Source of the DNA: Octopus sinensis
Taxonomy: Eukaryota
Direction: 5' to 3'
DNA length: 64,000 bases
NCBI RefSeq assembly: GCF_006345805.1
Contig: NC_043021.1
Coordinates: 18,910,001-18,974,000 of the forward strand
The notes under the pieces are model-generated. The model searched no databases and was not told the DNA's origin. It saw nothing but the letters and a program-made list of their open reading frames with translations. Position 1 is the stretch's first letter. Each line of letters opens with the position of its first letter. Below, in pieces: positions 1-11,724 of this stretch. The translations under genes were made by a program, and so were the position numbers.

Positions 1-460
1 TGGCTATGTCTATCTAGTTTGTATGTTTGTGTGTGTGTTGTGTGTGTGTCTATGTCCTTCTACTCTGTTTGTCTCTCCCTGGCTACGCCTATCTTGTCAC
101 TAGATCTATCTAGCCTGTATATTTAATTGTGGCTATGTCTAACTCGTCTGTAGTTTGTTTCTATCCGTGCCTGTCTGGGTCTGGTTTGTAGGTTTGTATG
201 TCTGCGGCTATGTCTATCTTGTCTGCTTGTCACTTGTCAAGTAAAATGCCTCCTAAAAATCATACATACATACATACACACTCATATGCACATGCATGTA
301 CATACGCATATACACACATGCTTGTACATACATACATACATTCATACACATGTGCATACATACTCACTCACATGAACATACACATGCATTTATACATTCA
401 ATTATTTATCTGACACACCCAACTTTTCAGTTATTAATTAGTGCAAGTGGTTCGTTCAGA

Positions 461-462
461 TT

Positions 463-493
<31 letters not shown>

Positions 494-494
494 T

Positions 495-548
<54 letters not shown>

Positions 549-549
549 T
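461..549. repeat. (TG)n microsatellite
   Basis: Direct reading; explains the VC/CV ORFs here. Confidence 0.95.
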
Positions 550-1056
550 GATAAAGCAATGTGGCTTTTTTATAGATTATTGTTGTTTTTGCTGTTGTTG
601 CTTAGTTCTGTGTCAGTTCCCGATCTAGCCAACATTGTGATCAAAGGTTATTCCATATGTGACCATCTTGTCGTTTTTTGTGTTGTTTTATTTATTTTTT
701 TATTTTTCTCTAAACATGGTGTAAACTTTAATAATTCTTTCGGTGAGATTTAAGATTTAAGAGACACCTGACTGCCATTTCATGCAGATTGAGTAGTAAT
801 AGAATATTATATACCACAATCATCACCACCACCCCCATCATGATCATTATCATCAAGATCACCACCGCCCCACCTCCACCATTTGAGTCCTTGTCTCTGT
901 CTTAGACATCAGTATTAGCCACAATAAGGGTGGTATATTGATAAAATTGGTAGAGCATCCACTATTATAATTTTGTGTTTCTTATCACATCTTTCTACAT
1001 TCCAAGTTTAAAATTCCTGTCAGGGTCCAACTTCACCTGTCGGGGTCCGATTTTAC

Positions 1057-1063
1057 CTGTCAT
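1057..1063 (-). CDS. Candidate first coding exon (ATG ACA G|GTAAAA) of a gene running off the left edge
   Basis: Minus strand reads GAAAG-ATG-ACA-G|GTAAAA, with A at -3 and a good donor, about 130 bp from the CCAAT cluster. Very short, so chance is possible. Confidence 0.15.
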
Positions 1064-1193
1064 CTTTCAAAATCCACAAAACCCCAACACTTGTATTTTT
1101 CCCCTGCACACAAGCTGATGTAGTGCTAATGCATGCATATACAGCTGCATGCGTGCGTGTGCACATACACGCGAGTACTTTCCAAATCTCTGA

Positions 1194-1254
1194 CCAATCA
1201 CATACAGCTAGCTGGCATTCAATTGGCGTATCAAGTTTCGGGCATTTGGATTGG
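1194..1254. promoter_or_regulatory. Cluster of three CCAAT boxes, possible NF-Y promoter
   Basis: CCAAT at 1194 (+) and ATTGG at 1222 and 1250, 28 bp apart each, in unique non-repeat sequence. Confidence 0.25.
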
Positions 1255-1270
1255 GTTTTGGATAGAAAAT

Positions 1271-1392
1271 TCACAAAAAAGTCACTCCTGTTGATTTTTT
1301 AATGGCTTTGCAGGGTGACTGGGGAAATGTAAAGATGTGTACGACCACCCTTGGACGGTTTTGAATGACCATAGAAAGTGCGAGCCCTCTAA
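1271..1392 (-). CDS. Candidate terminal coding exon, unknown protein
   Basis: Acceptor ...CACAATTTTTCAG| then a phase-1 frame xRGLALSMVIQNRPRVVVHIFTFPQSPCKAIKKSTGVTFL*. Protein not recognised; conflicts with the promoter reading of 1194-1254. Confidence 0.25.
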
Positions 1393-1699
1393 CTGAAAAA
1401 TTGTGGATTTGTATAAAGGACACACACACAGACAGATATTTTGCCGTTTATATATAGAGAGATGTTGTGTAAACATTCAAAACATAGTCACTGTTTTCCC
1501 AAATCCTGCTGCATTTAATATGGGATTTTCATCCCCCAAAGTTGTCTTGGTGTGTAATTAGACCTACCTTTTCAAGGGCTGTAAATTTTAGTCTGAAAAA
1601 TTTATCCTGTATGCCATAAAATATAGTACAAACCCTTTCCCATACACATTCTCTCAAGCACATATACACAAACATTCTCTTGAACCCTTACTATATTTT

Positions 1700-2490
1700 C
1701 CAGCATACAAGTCAGTATGGTAAGCCCCAGCCCTTCCAAAGTGCCTTGGATCGTAGGATGGCCTGCTGTACTTACCTTGGACCGTTGGGCGACCTGCTGT
1801 GCTTGAGGAGACCTATTGAGTCGAGTACATCACCATCAACATCAAAAAATCAAATGGAAATTGTAGTTGTGATACCTGTGCTGGTGGCACGTAAAAAGTA
1901 CCAACCGAGCGTGGCCGTTGCCAGCCTCCTCTGGCACCTGTACCAGTGGCATGTAAAAAGCACCATCTGTACGTGGTCGATGCCAGCACCACCTTGACTG
2001 GCTTCCATGCTGGTGGCACGTAAAAAGCACCAACCAATTATAGCTGTTGCCAGCCTCCCCTCGCACCTGTGCCAGTGGCATGTAAAAAGCACCCACTACA
2101 CTCACGAAGTGGTTGACGTTAGGAAGGGCATCCAGCTGTAGAAACACTGCCAGATAAGACTGGAGCCTGGTGCAGCCTCCTGGCTTCCCAGATCCCGGTC
2201 GTACCATCCAACTCACGCTAACATGGAAAGCGGACTTTAACCCTTTAGCATTTAAACCGGCTATATCTGGCCAAAGATATTCTGCCTGTTTTATGTTCAA
2301 ACTGGCCAGATCTGGTCTCTCACACCAACCCTACAATATCATTTTAAAAATTAACTGCTACCTCATCAAAATCTCATAGCTACAAGATGATGCATGATTA
2401 GTTCAAAACAATGTGGATGAAAAAGCATTAATTTTGGTAGAATAATGTGAACACTAAAGGGTTAAACGATGATGATGACGATGATGATGA
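1700..2490 (+). mobile_element. RTE-type LINE 3' tail / RTE-tailed repeat with (GAT)n end, interrupted by a piggyBac MITE
   Basis: TGGCACGTAAAAAGCACC sub-repeats, GGCGTTAGGAAGGGCATCCAGCTGTAGAAA core, (GAT)n tail. The same tail follows RTE ORF2 at 6585-7690. Confidence 0.8.
2241..2461. mobile_element. piggyBac-type MITE
   Basis: TTAA|CCCTTTAGCATT ... ACACTAAAGGG|TTAA; TTAA duplicated at the GCGGAC-TTAA-ACGATG site of the host tail. Related copies near 8480-8820, 18100-18320, 19102-19319 and 19950-20175. Confidence 0.8.
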
Positions 2491-2722
2491 TTCAAACATT
2501 GTCACTGTCTTCCCAAATCCTACTGCTTTTCACCTGGAATGTTTTGTCCTCCCAAATCATTTTGGTGTATAAGCCAGCCTACCTGTTTTTAGTGGGGTTG
2601 TAAATTATGGTCTCCTAAATATGACTTACATGCTGGAAATTACAGTAAGTATTTATTTAATTAGGAGGGAAATGAACCAACACCAGTCGTCAAGCAATGG
2701 TGAGGACAGACAAAGATGCACA

Positions 2723-2757
<35 letters not shown>

Positions 2758-3033
2758 ACACACACACATAAAAACACAAAAACAATAGACTTCTTTCAGG
2801 TTCCGTCTACCAAATCCACTTACAAGGCTTTGGTTAGCTCAGGGCTTATAGTAGAAGATACTTGTCTACAAGTGCCATGCAGTGGGACTGAACCCAGAAT
2901 CATGTGATCAGGAAGCAAACATACCACATAGTCACTTCTGAGTTTACACTTATACTAAAATAAAACAATTGACAGAGAGAAGTATTTAAAAATAATGGTT
3001 TTTTTTTAAACGTTATTTTAATTACAAATAATA

Positions 3034-3066
<33 letters not shown>

Positions 3067-3328
3067 ATAATAATAATAATAATAACAATAATAGCAACAA
3101 TAAAAATAACACCTAACAGTGTGTTATTTCACTTATTTATGAACTGACGATGAAGAGATTCCAGAACCAAACAACGGTCTTCTTAATTACACCACTCCAA
3201 TTAGCAACACACTAATTAACAAGCATACAATACAGATTGTTACAATGCACATCGTTAAATCTAAAGTGGAAGAAAGAAAAAAAGAGGAAAATTTCCACAA
3301 GCCTCTTGCGTGTGTGCATGTGTGTGTG

Positions 3329-3392
<64 letters not shown>

Positions 3393-3394
3393 CT

Positions 3395-3621
3395 CATTTA
3401 CTCTTTTACTTGTTTCAGTCATTTGACTGTGGCCATGCTGGAGCACCACCTTTAGTCGAGTAAATCGACCCCAGGACTTATTCTTCGTAAGCCTAGTACT
3501 TATTCTATTGGTCTCTTTTGCCGAACTGCTAAGTTACAGGGACAGAAACACACCAGCATCGGTTGTCGAGCGATGTTGGGGGGACAAACACAGACACACA
3601 AACATATATACACACACACAC

Positions 3622-3672
<51 letters not shown>

Positions 3673-3832
3673 TACGACGGGCTTCTTTCAGTTTCCGTCT
3701 ACCAAATCCACTCACAAGGCTTTGGTCGGCCTGAGGCTATAGTAGAGGACACTTGCCCAAGGTGCCACACAGTGGGACTGAACCCGGAACCATGTGGCTC
3801 GTAAGCAAGCTACTTACCACACAGCCACTCCT
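3395..3832 (-). mobile_element. tRNA-derived SINE family A, near full length
   Basis: Head GGAGTGGCTGTGTGGTAAG...GGTTCAGTCCC with Pol III A/B boxes, internal (TA)/(CA) tract, tail GACTGAAACAAGTAAAAGAG. Other copies near 2670-2935, 16626-17025, 21475-21870, 25895-26545, 29323-30020, 41235-41670, 42680-42865, 45590-46018, 61240-61607 and 63650-64000. Confidence 0.9.
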
Positions 3833-4229
3833 ATATACATATAATATAAAGACAATCAGAGGTATGAGATGAATATATATTTATTTCACTAGTTGATATC
3901 CACAAGATGACCACCCTTTCGTAGCTGACATCATGCAAAAATAAATTATGTTATGTGTCTGGATTAGTGTGTATGCTATAATAGGAGTTATTTAGGAGCT
4001 TTTTTGCGATTACCACTGGATTATACAAATCCATATATTGAACATGGCTGTGTGGTATGAAGTTTGCTTCCCACCAGCATCGTTCCGGGTTCAGTCCTAC
4101 TGTGTGGTATGTTTATGTCCCTGTAACTTAGTGGTCCAGCAAAAAGAGACCGATAGAATAAGTGTCAATACATTCGACTAAAAATTCTTGAAGGTGGTGC
4201 CCCAGCATGGCTGCAGTTTAATGACTGAA

Positions 4230-4550
4230 ACAAGTAAAAGATGAAAGATATATAGATGAAGACAGATAGATAGAAAAGAAATAGATAGATAGATGGATAG
4301 ATAGATAGATTAATAGATAGATAGATAGATAGATATATAAATAGAAAAGAGATAGATAGATAAATGCAAAAGAGATTGATAGATAGATAGAAAAGAGATA
4401 GATAGATAGATAGATAGATAGAAAAGAGATAGATAGATAAATGCAAAAGAGATAGATAGATAGATAGAAAAGAGATAGATAGATAAATGCAAAAGAGATA
4501 GATAGATAGATAGAAAAGAGATAGGTAGATAAACAGATAGAAAATGTAGA
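4230..4550. repeat. (ATAG)n-based compound satellite
   Basis: GATA/ATAG repeats with recurring AAATGCAAAAGAG and GAAAAGAG variants. Confidence 0.9.
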
Positions 4551-4880
4551 GTAGATAAAACAGGGGTCAACTGATGAAGGGAATGTTCTTTATGTTGCCT
4601 GTCTTGTTTCTATATTTGTTTCGTTCGTTGTTCGAAAAAATGTTCGTTTTCCATGTTTTTGTTTGTATGTTCTCTTTTCTCATTTTATTCACGTTTTTTT
4701 TTGACGTCCTGTAGCCATATATGTATGTATATATACATATATATGTAGATATGTATGTACATGCATGTATATATGCATATATATATACACAAAAAGGGTG
4801 AAATATAATTAATTTAATAAAATTAATAAATTTCACCTAGTAGTTTTATCGCTATGGAAAAGACCATATTTGGTAAGGAT

Positions 4881-5108
4881 TATATTAATTATAATAAAGG
4901 GTTAATTGCAACAAGTTGCTCAAAACCACATACCGAAAATATTAGAAATGGCAGCCAAATAGGTCACCATTTCTCCTACTAGTAAAAAAGTCTCCACAAA
5001 CAACCAGAATTTTACTAGTAGGAGAAATGGTGACCTATTTGGCTGCCATTTCTAATATTTTCAATATGTGGTTTTGAGCAACTCGTTGCAATTAACCCTT
5101 TATTATAA

Positions 5109-5114
<6 letters not shown>
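4881..5114. repeat. Fold-back inverted repeat, about 105-bp arms
   Basis: Arms 4881-4987 and 5010-5114 are reverse complements with about 3 mismatches; 22-nt spacer; runs into (TA)n. Confidence 0.9.
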
Positions 5115-5147
<33 letters not shown>

Positions 5148-5748
5148 TATATTATTAGATAGATAAACAGACAGACAGATAAATAATTTGCTTAGGCATA
5201 GCGAGACTAACGACTTGGTGTCATTAGTCAATATACGTATGCTTCAGAACCCAATGTTGGATTAGTATAAAGTGGTAATAAGAACAAACAAACAAATGAC
5301 ACCAAAACAAAACAATGATAGAAACATATTTTCTATCTCTGCTCTGTGTGGCTGTGTGTCCACATGTATCCATATATCTCTGTTCCCTCTGTGTCTATGT
5401 CAGTGTGAATTTTTTTTTTCTTTTCTTTCCTTTTACCAGCATCGCCTTACTGGCACCTGTGCCGGTGGCATGTGTAAAAAGATTCGAGCGAGGTCATTGC
5501 CAGTACCGCCTGACTGGCACGTAAAAAGCACCCACTACACTCTCAGAGTCGTTGGCGTTAGGAAGGGCATCCAGCTGTAGAAGCCCTGCCAGATCAAGAT
5601 TGGAGCCTGGTGCGACCGTCTGGTTCGCCAGCCCTCAGTCAAAATCGTCCAACCCATGCTAGCATGGAAAGCGGACGTTAAATGATGAACGATTTTCATT
5701 CTGGTGTAAGCATGTGCATATATTTGCATATTTTTTCCCCAACTTCAG

Positions 5749-5798
5749 GACAGAATTTTCCCTAGGCATCAACATAGACTTTCTCACACGTTATGCCT
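5749..5798 (+). CDS. Candidate internal exon
   Basis: TTTTTCCCCAACTTCAG|GACAG...TATGCCT|GTATGT; open frame TEFSLGINIDFLTRYA (phase 2 to 1). Confidence 0.2.
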
Positions 5799-5804
5799 GT
5801 ATGT

Positions 5805-5904
5805 TCAGAAAATGTAATTTTCCCACATAGAGTGCACTTCATAATCAAGGCTCTGATGAAGCTTTAGGATGTTAACCAAGAACTCATTTAAGAGTCCACT
5901 GCAT
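5805..5904 (-). CDS. Alternative candidate exon on the opposite strand
   Basis: GTTGTTTCTGTTATAAG| then xCSGLLNEFLVNILKLHQSLDYEVHSMWENYIF*. Unrecognised. Confidence 0.15.
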
Positions 5905-6289
5905 CTTATAACAGAAACAACTGATAGACAAATAGATAGATTTGTGTATTTGTTTGTGTGTGTGTGTGTGTGTGTGTGTACTTGATGATGTCTTTGTGTC
6001 TGTGCTTGTCACCCTCACTGCTTGGTACCTGGTGCTGGTTTGTTTACACCCCTGTAACTTAGTAGCTCAGCAAAAAAAAAATGGTCTTGGAGGTTGATCT
6101 GTTTGACTAAAATCCTTCTTATACTCTGTCCCAGCATGACCACTGTCCAGTGATTGGAACAAGTAAAAGATGAAATATATATATATATATATAAATATAT
6201 ATATAATAAATTAATAAATAAAACATATGCATATATACATACATATATGTACGTACCTACCTCTACATGTATATATACATGCATATATG

Positions 6290-6585
6290 AGTACTGGACA
6301 CCAAAAAAACGCTGAACACAATGAGAAACGAAAACATAAACACAAAACCAAGGAAATGGACATTTTTCTTAAACAATGAAAAAATAGAGTACAGGACATA
6401 CAAAACAAGGAAAATTCCCCTTCTTCAGTCGCCTCTGTTTCATCTACTCCGCGTTTCGAAGGTCAAGGCGAGACACGACTTCAATAAAACATTCCTTCCC
6501 GCAAAAGGCAAATTAAATAAAATTTGAGATTTTTTTTACTGAAGGGTAAAAATGGTAACAAAAACAGGACAGTAAAGGACAGATA
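6290..6585 (-). mobile_element. Unclassified interspersed repeat, probably a Penelope-like terminal region
   Basis: Near-identical copy at about 32070-32400 and a partial inverted copy at 4560-4720; carries CTTCGAAACGCG and CTGAAGAAG motifs typical of Penelope-like ends. Confidence 0.45.
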
Positions 6586-7690
6586 AGTAGTTGATAGCTT
6601 CCGTTACCTAGGTAACCAAGTGAGAGTGGATGCTCGGAGAGTATTACCAGTAGAATAAGAATAGCCTGAGCAAAGTACAGAAAGCCCCTACCTTTACTGG
6701 TGACAAAGGGCCTCTTGCTCAGAGTGAAGGGCAGACTCTATAATGCATGTGTGCATACTGCCATGCTACGTGGCAGAGGAACATGGGCCATGACTGTTGA
6801 GGATATACGTAGGCTTGAAAGAAATGAAGCTAGTATGATCCACTGGATGTGTAATGTTAGTGTGCACACACAACAGAGTGTAAGCGCCCTGAGAGAAATG
6901 TTGGAGCATCAGATGTGGTGTGCAAGAGAGACGACTGCGCTGGTATGGTCATGTGTTGTGTATGGATGAGGAGAGCTGTGTGAAGAAGTGCCACTTCCTA
7001 ACAGTGGAAGTAACCCATGGAAGAGGGAGACCCAGGAAGACATGGGATGAGGTGGTGAAGCACGACTTTCGAACATCAGGCCTCACAGAGGTAATGACAA
7101 GAGACCGAGACCTCTGGAGATATGCTGTGATTGAGAAGACCCGGCAAGTAGCCGTAGCCTATACCGGTGTTACATAACCAGCCCATTTAAAAATACCTTT
7201 GAATCATTGGGCGACACGCCGTGCATAAGGAAACCTATTGAGTCAAGTAAAATTACAATCACAATCAGAATCTCAATCAAATTGAAATAAAAAATTGCGC
7301 CTAATTGGCTCGTGTGCCAGTGGCACATAAAAAGCACCATTTGAGTGTGGTCAGTACCAGTGCCACTAACTGGCACATAAGAAGCACCATTCAGTGTGGT
7401 TGATGTCAGTTCCACCTGACTGGCTCCTGTACAAATGATACATAAAAAGCACCATTTGAACATTGTCAATGCCAGTCCCACCTGACTGGCTAATGTGCCA
7501 GTGACACGTAAAAAGCACCCACTACACTCTCAGAGTGGTTGGTGTTAGGAAGGGCATTCAGCTGTAGAAACCTTGCCAAATCAGTTTGGAGCCTGGTGCA
7601 GCCTCCAGGATGGCCAGACCTCAGTCAAACTGTCCAACCCATGCCAGCATGGAAAGTGAATGTTAAAATGACAATGATGATGATGATGAC
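6585..7690 (+). mobile_element. 5'-truncated RTE-clade LINE (ORF2 C-terminus plus 3' UTR), frameshifted
   Basis: Peptides VDSFRYLG, VKGRLYNACVHTAML, RRLERNEASMIHWMC, ERRLRWYGHV and RGRPRKTWDEVVKHD are typical of the RTE RT C-terminus; followed by the UTR and (GAT)n. Confidence 0.9.
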
Positions 7691-7777
7691 TCCCTGGAAG
7701 AAAGAAAAATAAAGTAATTGAAGTCAGTTCCCCTTACTGTGGGGACTAATAGAAATAAGGGATCAGTTGGTATAGAG

Positions 7778-8387
7778 CAGGGGTGGGCGAACTTTTTTGA
7801 TCGCAGGCCGCACAGTGCGTCTTTGGAACCTTGGCGGGCCTCATTTATAAAAATCAAGTGAAAATATTTTTAAAGGCGGTTATAGACCTATAAACACACA
7901 ATTGATTGAAAGGAAATTTTGTGAAATATTCCTGGTTTAAGTGATTTAATTTATTTTTTAGAGTATCGGGTTCATGTTTTTCGGTTATTTGCTCCAATAG
8001 TTGAAATTATTACAGGAACCTCGGTTATTTTGGACAGCCTGTTATTGCTTACAAATTGCCAGGAACGGAATTTTCCTAGTAAAATCTGCACTAATTGTGG
8101 ACAACCATATCTTCACCCGGAAATGTGTTTTATTATGATGTCATGGGAATATTTCTCGAAATTTTTCATCGCTTCACAGTAGCTGAAACAAACAAACAGC
8201 GGACAATTTTGTGAAGGCGCGAAACAGTGAACTGAAATAAAATGCAAACTATTGTGAATTACCGTACAACTGAAACAGTTACGAAGTATCTGCATAGAAG
8301 TTGGGATTCATAAAAGCTCTCGGCGGGCCGCATGAAAACCTATGGCGGGCCGCATGCGGCCCGCGGGCCGTAGTTTTCCCACCCCTG
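7778..8387. mobile_element. Non-autonomous hAT DNA transposon, 610 bp
   Basis: TIRs CAGGGGTGGGCGAAC / GTTTTCCCACCCCTG; perfect 8-bp TSD GTATAGAG at 7770-7777 and 8388-8395; GC-rich GCGGGCCG subterminal motifs. Confidence 0.92.
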
Positions 8388-9668
8388 GTATAGAGTATAT
8401 GTTTTTTAAAATAATCATTGTAATCAGGAGACCTTCTATGAGATTGCTTGACCTGGTAAAACTAGCAACCAAATCCCCCTTAACCCTCTAGCATTCAGAT
8501 TATTCTATCAATTGTAATTCTTATTTATTAACATTGTTTTCAATTAATCATGCATTATCTCATAGTTTTGAGATTTCAATGAATGAATGACATTGTTAGG
8601 TGCATGTGAGAAGTTGGATCTGGCCAGTTTGAACATAGAACAGATAGGATATTTGGACCAGATATGGCTGGTTTAATCCTTTAGCATTCAGATTTCTCTG
8701 TCAAATGTAATGCTTATTTATTCATAATGTTTGGAATTAATCCTGTATTATCTTGTAGCTTTGAGATTTCAATGATGTGGATGTTTATTTTTAGAATGAC
8801 ATTGTAGGGTAGGTGTGAAGGCAGCGAGCTGGCAGAGTCGTTAGCACGCCAGGTGAAATGTTACAGGAAGAGGAATATAGAGGGGTGGTATGGGTGGGTA
8901 GGTAAAGTAAGTTTATTGGGGTGTGAGAGGTGAATTTGCAGATGGATAGAGGGAGATGCAGTGAGTGGTGGGCAGAAACGTTTGCACGACGGGTGAAATA
9001 CTTAGCGGTATTTCGTCTGCCACTACGTTCTGACTTCAAATTCCGCTGAGGTCGACTTTGCCTTTCATCCTTTCGGGGTCGATTAAATAAGTACCAGTTA
9101 CGCACTGGGGTCAATGTAATCGACTTAATACCTATGTCTGTCCTTGTTTGTCCCCTCTATGTTTAGCCCCTTGTGGGTAATAAAGAAATAGGTGGAGGCA
9201 AGATCAGTCACGGGTCTCTGTTGGAGGGAAAGGTTAAGGAAATAGGAGTGGATTAATGGAGGGGGGTGGTAATAGGTGGCAGTGAAACAGTATGGAGTGA
9301 GTCGGGTGTGTGTGTGTGTATAAGTGATGGCACAGTGTTTGGGGTAAAGTCGGAAGTACACAAGAATAGAAATGGCGGGAGATGGACAGAAGTAATGGGG
9401 AGGAAGAACAAGAAGGAGAATAAAAAAGGGAAGGGGTATGGGTGGGCATGAGCAAAGCGTAAGTAGCCAGGGGTCTCAGGTATGCTGTTGTTTGCTGGCC
9501 CCGTTGAGACCAGATCCCTGTCATGGACTGAAACTCTCTTGCCAGTGGCTCCAGACTCACCTGATTTGTGAGGACAGGGCTTGCCTAATCTGCAGCTTGT
9601 TCTTTTATGTGTTTCAGTCATTGGACTGTGGCCATGCTGGAGTACCACCTTAAAGGGTTTTTAGTCAA

Positions 9669-9905
9669 AGGCGGCGAGCTGGCAGAAACGTCAGCATGCC
9701 GGGCGAAATGCGTGACCGTATTTCGCCTCCCGCTACGTTCTGAGTTCAAATTCCGCTGAGGTCGACTTTGCCTTTCATCCTTTCGGGGTCGATAAATTAA
9801 GTACCAGTTACGCACTGGGGTTGATGTAATCGACTTAATCCGTTTGTCTGTCCTTGTTTGTCTCCTCTGTGTTTAGCCCCTTGTGGGTAGTAAAGAAATA
9901 GGTTT
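9669..9905 (+). mobile_element. tRNA-derived SINE family B
   Basis: AGGCGGCGAGCTGGCAG head, TGAGTTCAAATTCC B box, central GCCTTTCATCCTTTCGGGGTCGATAAATTAAGTACCAG domain. Copies near 8818-9190, 17620-18025(-), 20950-21182(-), 27998-28235, 28880-29105, 36895-37090(-), 54092-54320 and 55960-56235. Confidence 0.88.
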
Positions 9906-10325
9906 TTAGTCAAACGGTGGCACGTAAAAAACACCAACCAATCATGGCTCTTGCCAGTCTTCCATGGCACCTGTGCCGGTGGCACATAAAAAGCACCCAC
10001 TACACTCACGGAGTGGTTGGCGTTAGGAAGGGCATCCAGCTGTAGAAACACTGCCAGATCGGATTGGAGCCTGGTGCAGCCTCCTGGCTTCCCAGACCCC
10101 GGTCGAACCGTCCAATCCATGCTAGCATAGAAAACGGACGTTAAACAATGATGATGATGATAAATCCAACCAAGGACTTATTTTCGTTTTTAATTCTAGT
10201 ACTTATTCTGTCAGTCTCTTTTGCTGAACTGCCAAGTTACAGGGACGTAAACACACTAACACCAGTTATCAAGTGGTGATGGGGGAACAAACACAGACAC
10301 AAAGACACACATACATATGCATACA

Positions 10326-10361
<36 letters not shown>

Positions 10362-10609
10362 TTGGGTTGGTGTATAATTATTGCGGATTTTTTTCAACAA
10401 ATTTTATCCAACAAAAACAATAACAACATGTAACAAAAACATCTTTAAATGATTATTCCGGAGCATATTCACCATCTACTTCAATTACTGCTTCCCATTT
10501 GCTTGGCAGATGGTCAGACCATCATTTAAAGATGTTTTTATTAAATATTGTTAGTTTTTGTTGAATAAAATTTGTTGAAAAAAAAAGCCGCAATAATTAT
10601 GCAGCAACC

Positions 10610-10612
<3 letters not shown>
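10362..10612 (-). mobile_element. mariner-derived MITE
   Basis: TIRs TTGGGTTGGTGTATAATTATTGCGG / CCGCAATAATTATGCAGCAACCCAA in TA context; internal minus-strand peptide LPSKWEAVIEVDGEY matches a mariner transposase C-terminus. Confidence 0.8.
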
Positions 10613-10661
<49 letters not shown>

Positions 10662-10790
10662 GTGTACATTTAAACACATGAGAAACTACCTTTAACAGGT
10701 AATTTTACACACTAGAAGAAGCAGCCAAAACGACCAAAATCACATTTAAGAGCAATTTCGAAGGGAATGAAAAATATAAACTTTTACCTT

Positions 10791-10880
<90 letters not shown>

Positions 10881-11724
10881 CACACACACACATACATACA
10901 CATGATGGGCTTCTTTCAGTTTCCATCTACCAAATCGACTCACAAGGCTTTGGTTGGTCTGAGGCTGTAGTAGAAGACACTTGCCCAAGTTGTCATGCAG
11001 TGGGATTGAACCTGGAACCATGTGGTTGGGAAGCAAGCTTCTTATCATCATTGTTTAACATCTGCCTTCCATTGCTGGCATGGGTTGGATGGTCACACAT
11101 GAGCTGGCCATGCAGGAGCCTGCACCAGACTTTTGTGTCCGTTTTGACAGGGTTTTTCCGACTGGATGCCCTTCAGGAAAATCTTTTCCGGGACCCTTCG
11201 AATCCTATATTGGATAGCTGCTTTACTATCTTGTTGCGTGGACCCGCACCCCACCAGAGGCCATATAAACCCTGGCTGAGAACGACTGCACTAGACGGTT
11301 CTCCACTCACCTCCTACCCACTCGACTTAGCTATGTTCTGACTGAATCACAAGAAGCGAATTAGCATCATCGTCATCAGTATCATCATCATCATCATCAT
11401 CATCATGAACACCACCTACACCATCATGTTAATCATCACTTTATTACCATAATCGCAATCGCGTTTTATTTTCACAGTAGCACTAACAGCAACAACACCA
11501 ACAGCGATAACAACGACCGATAACACCCCTTGTATCTGCCAATCATCTTAATTAACACAAACAGGCTAATTAGTTCAGTGGTTGACCACATTTGACAACA
11601 TTGCTATATTACACTGTATTTACAACCAGCTTAAGCTAAAATGTTAAGGTCGTAAGTACATTAATTGCATGTTGAAATAACATGCCAACCAAACCGTTTC
11701 TCTCATGGTCAGCTAATGAAATGC

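Noticed and set aside
1298-1396. In-frame TGA before LGKCKDVYDHPW, suggesting a selenoprotein
   Set aside because: Another stop lies just upstream, there is no start in frame, and no SECIS was seen.
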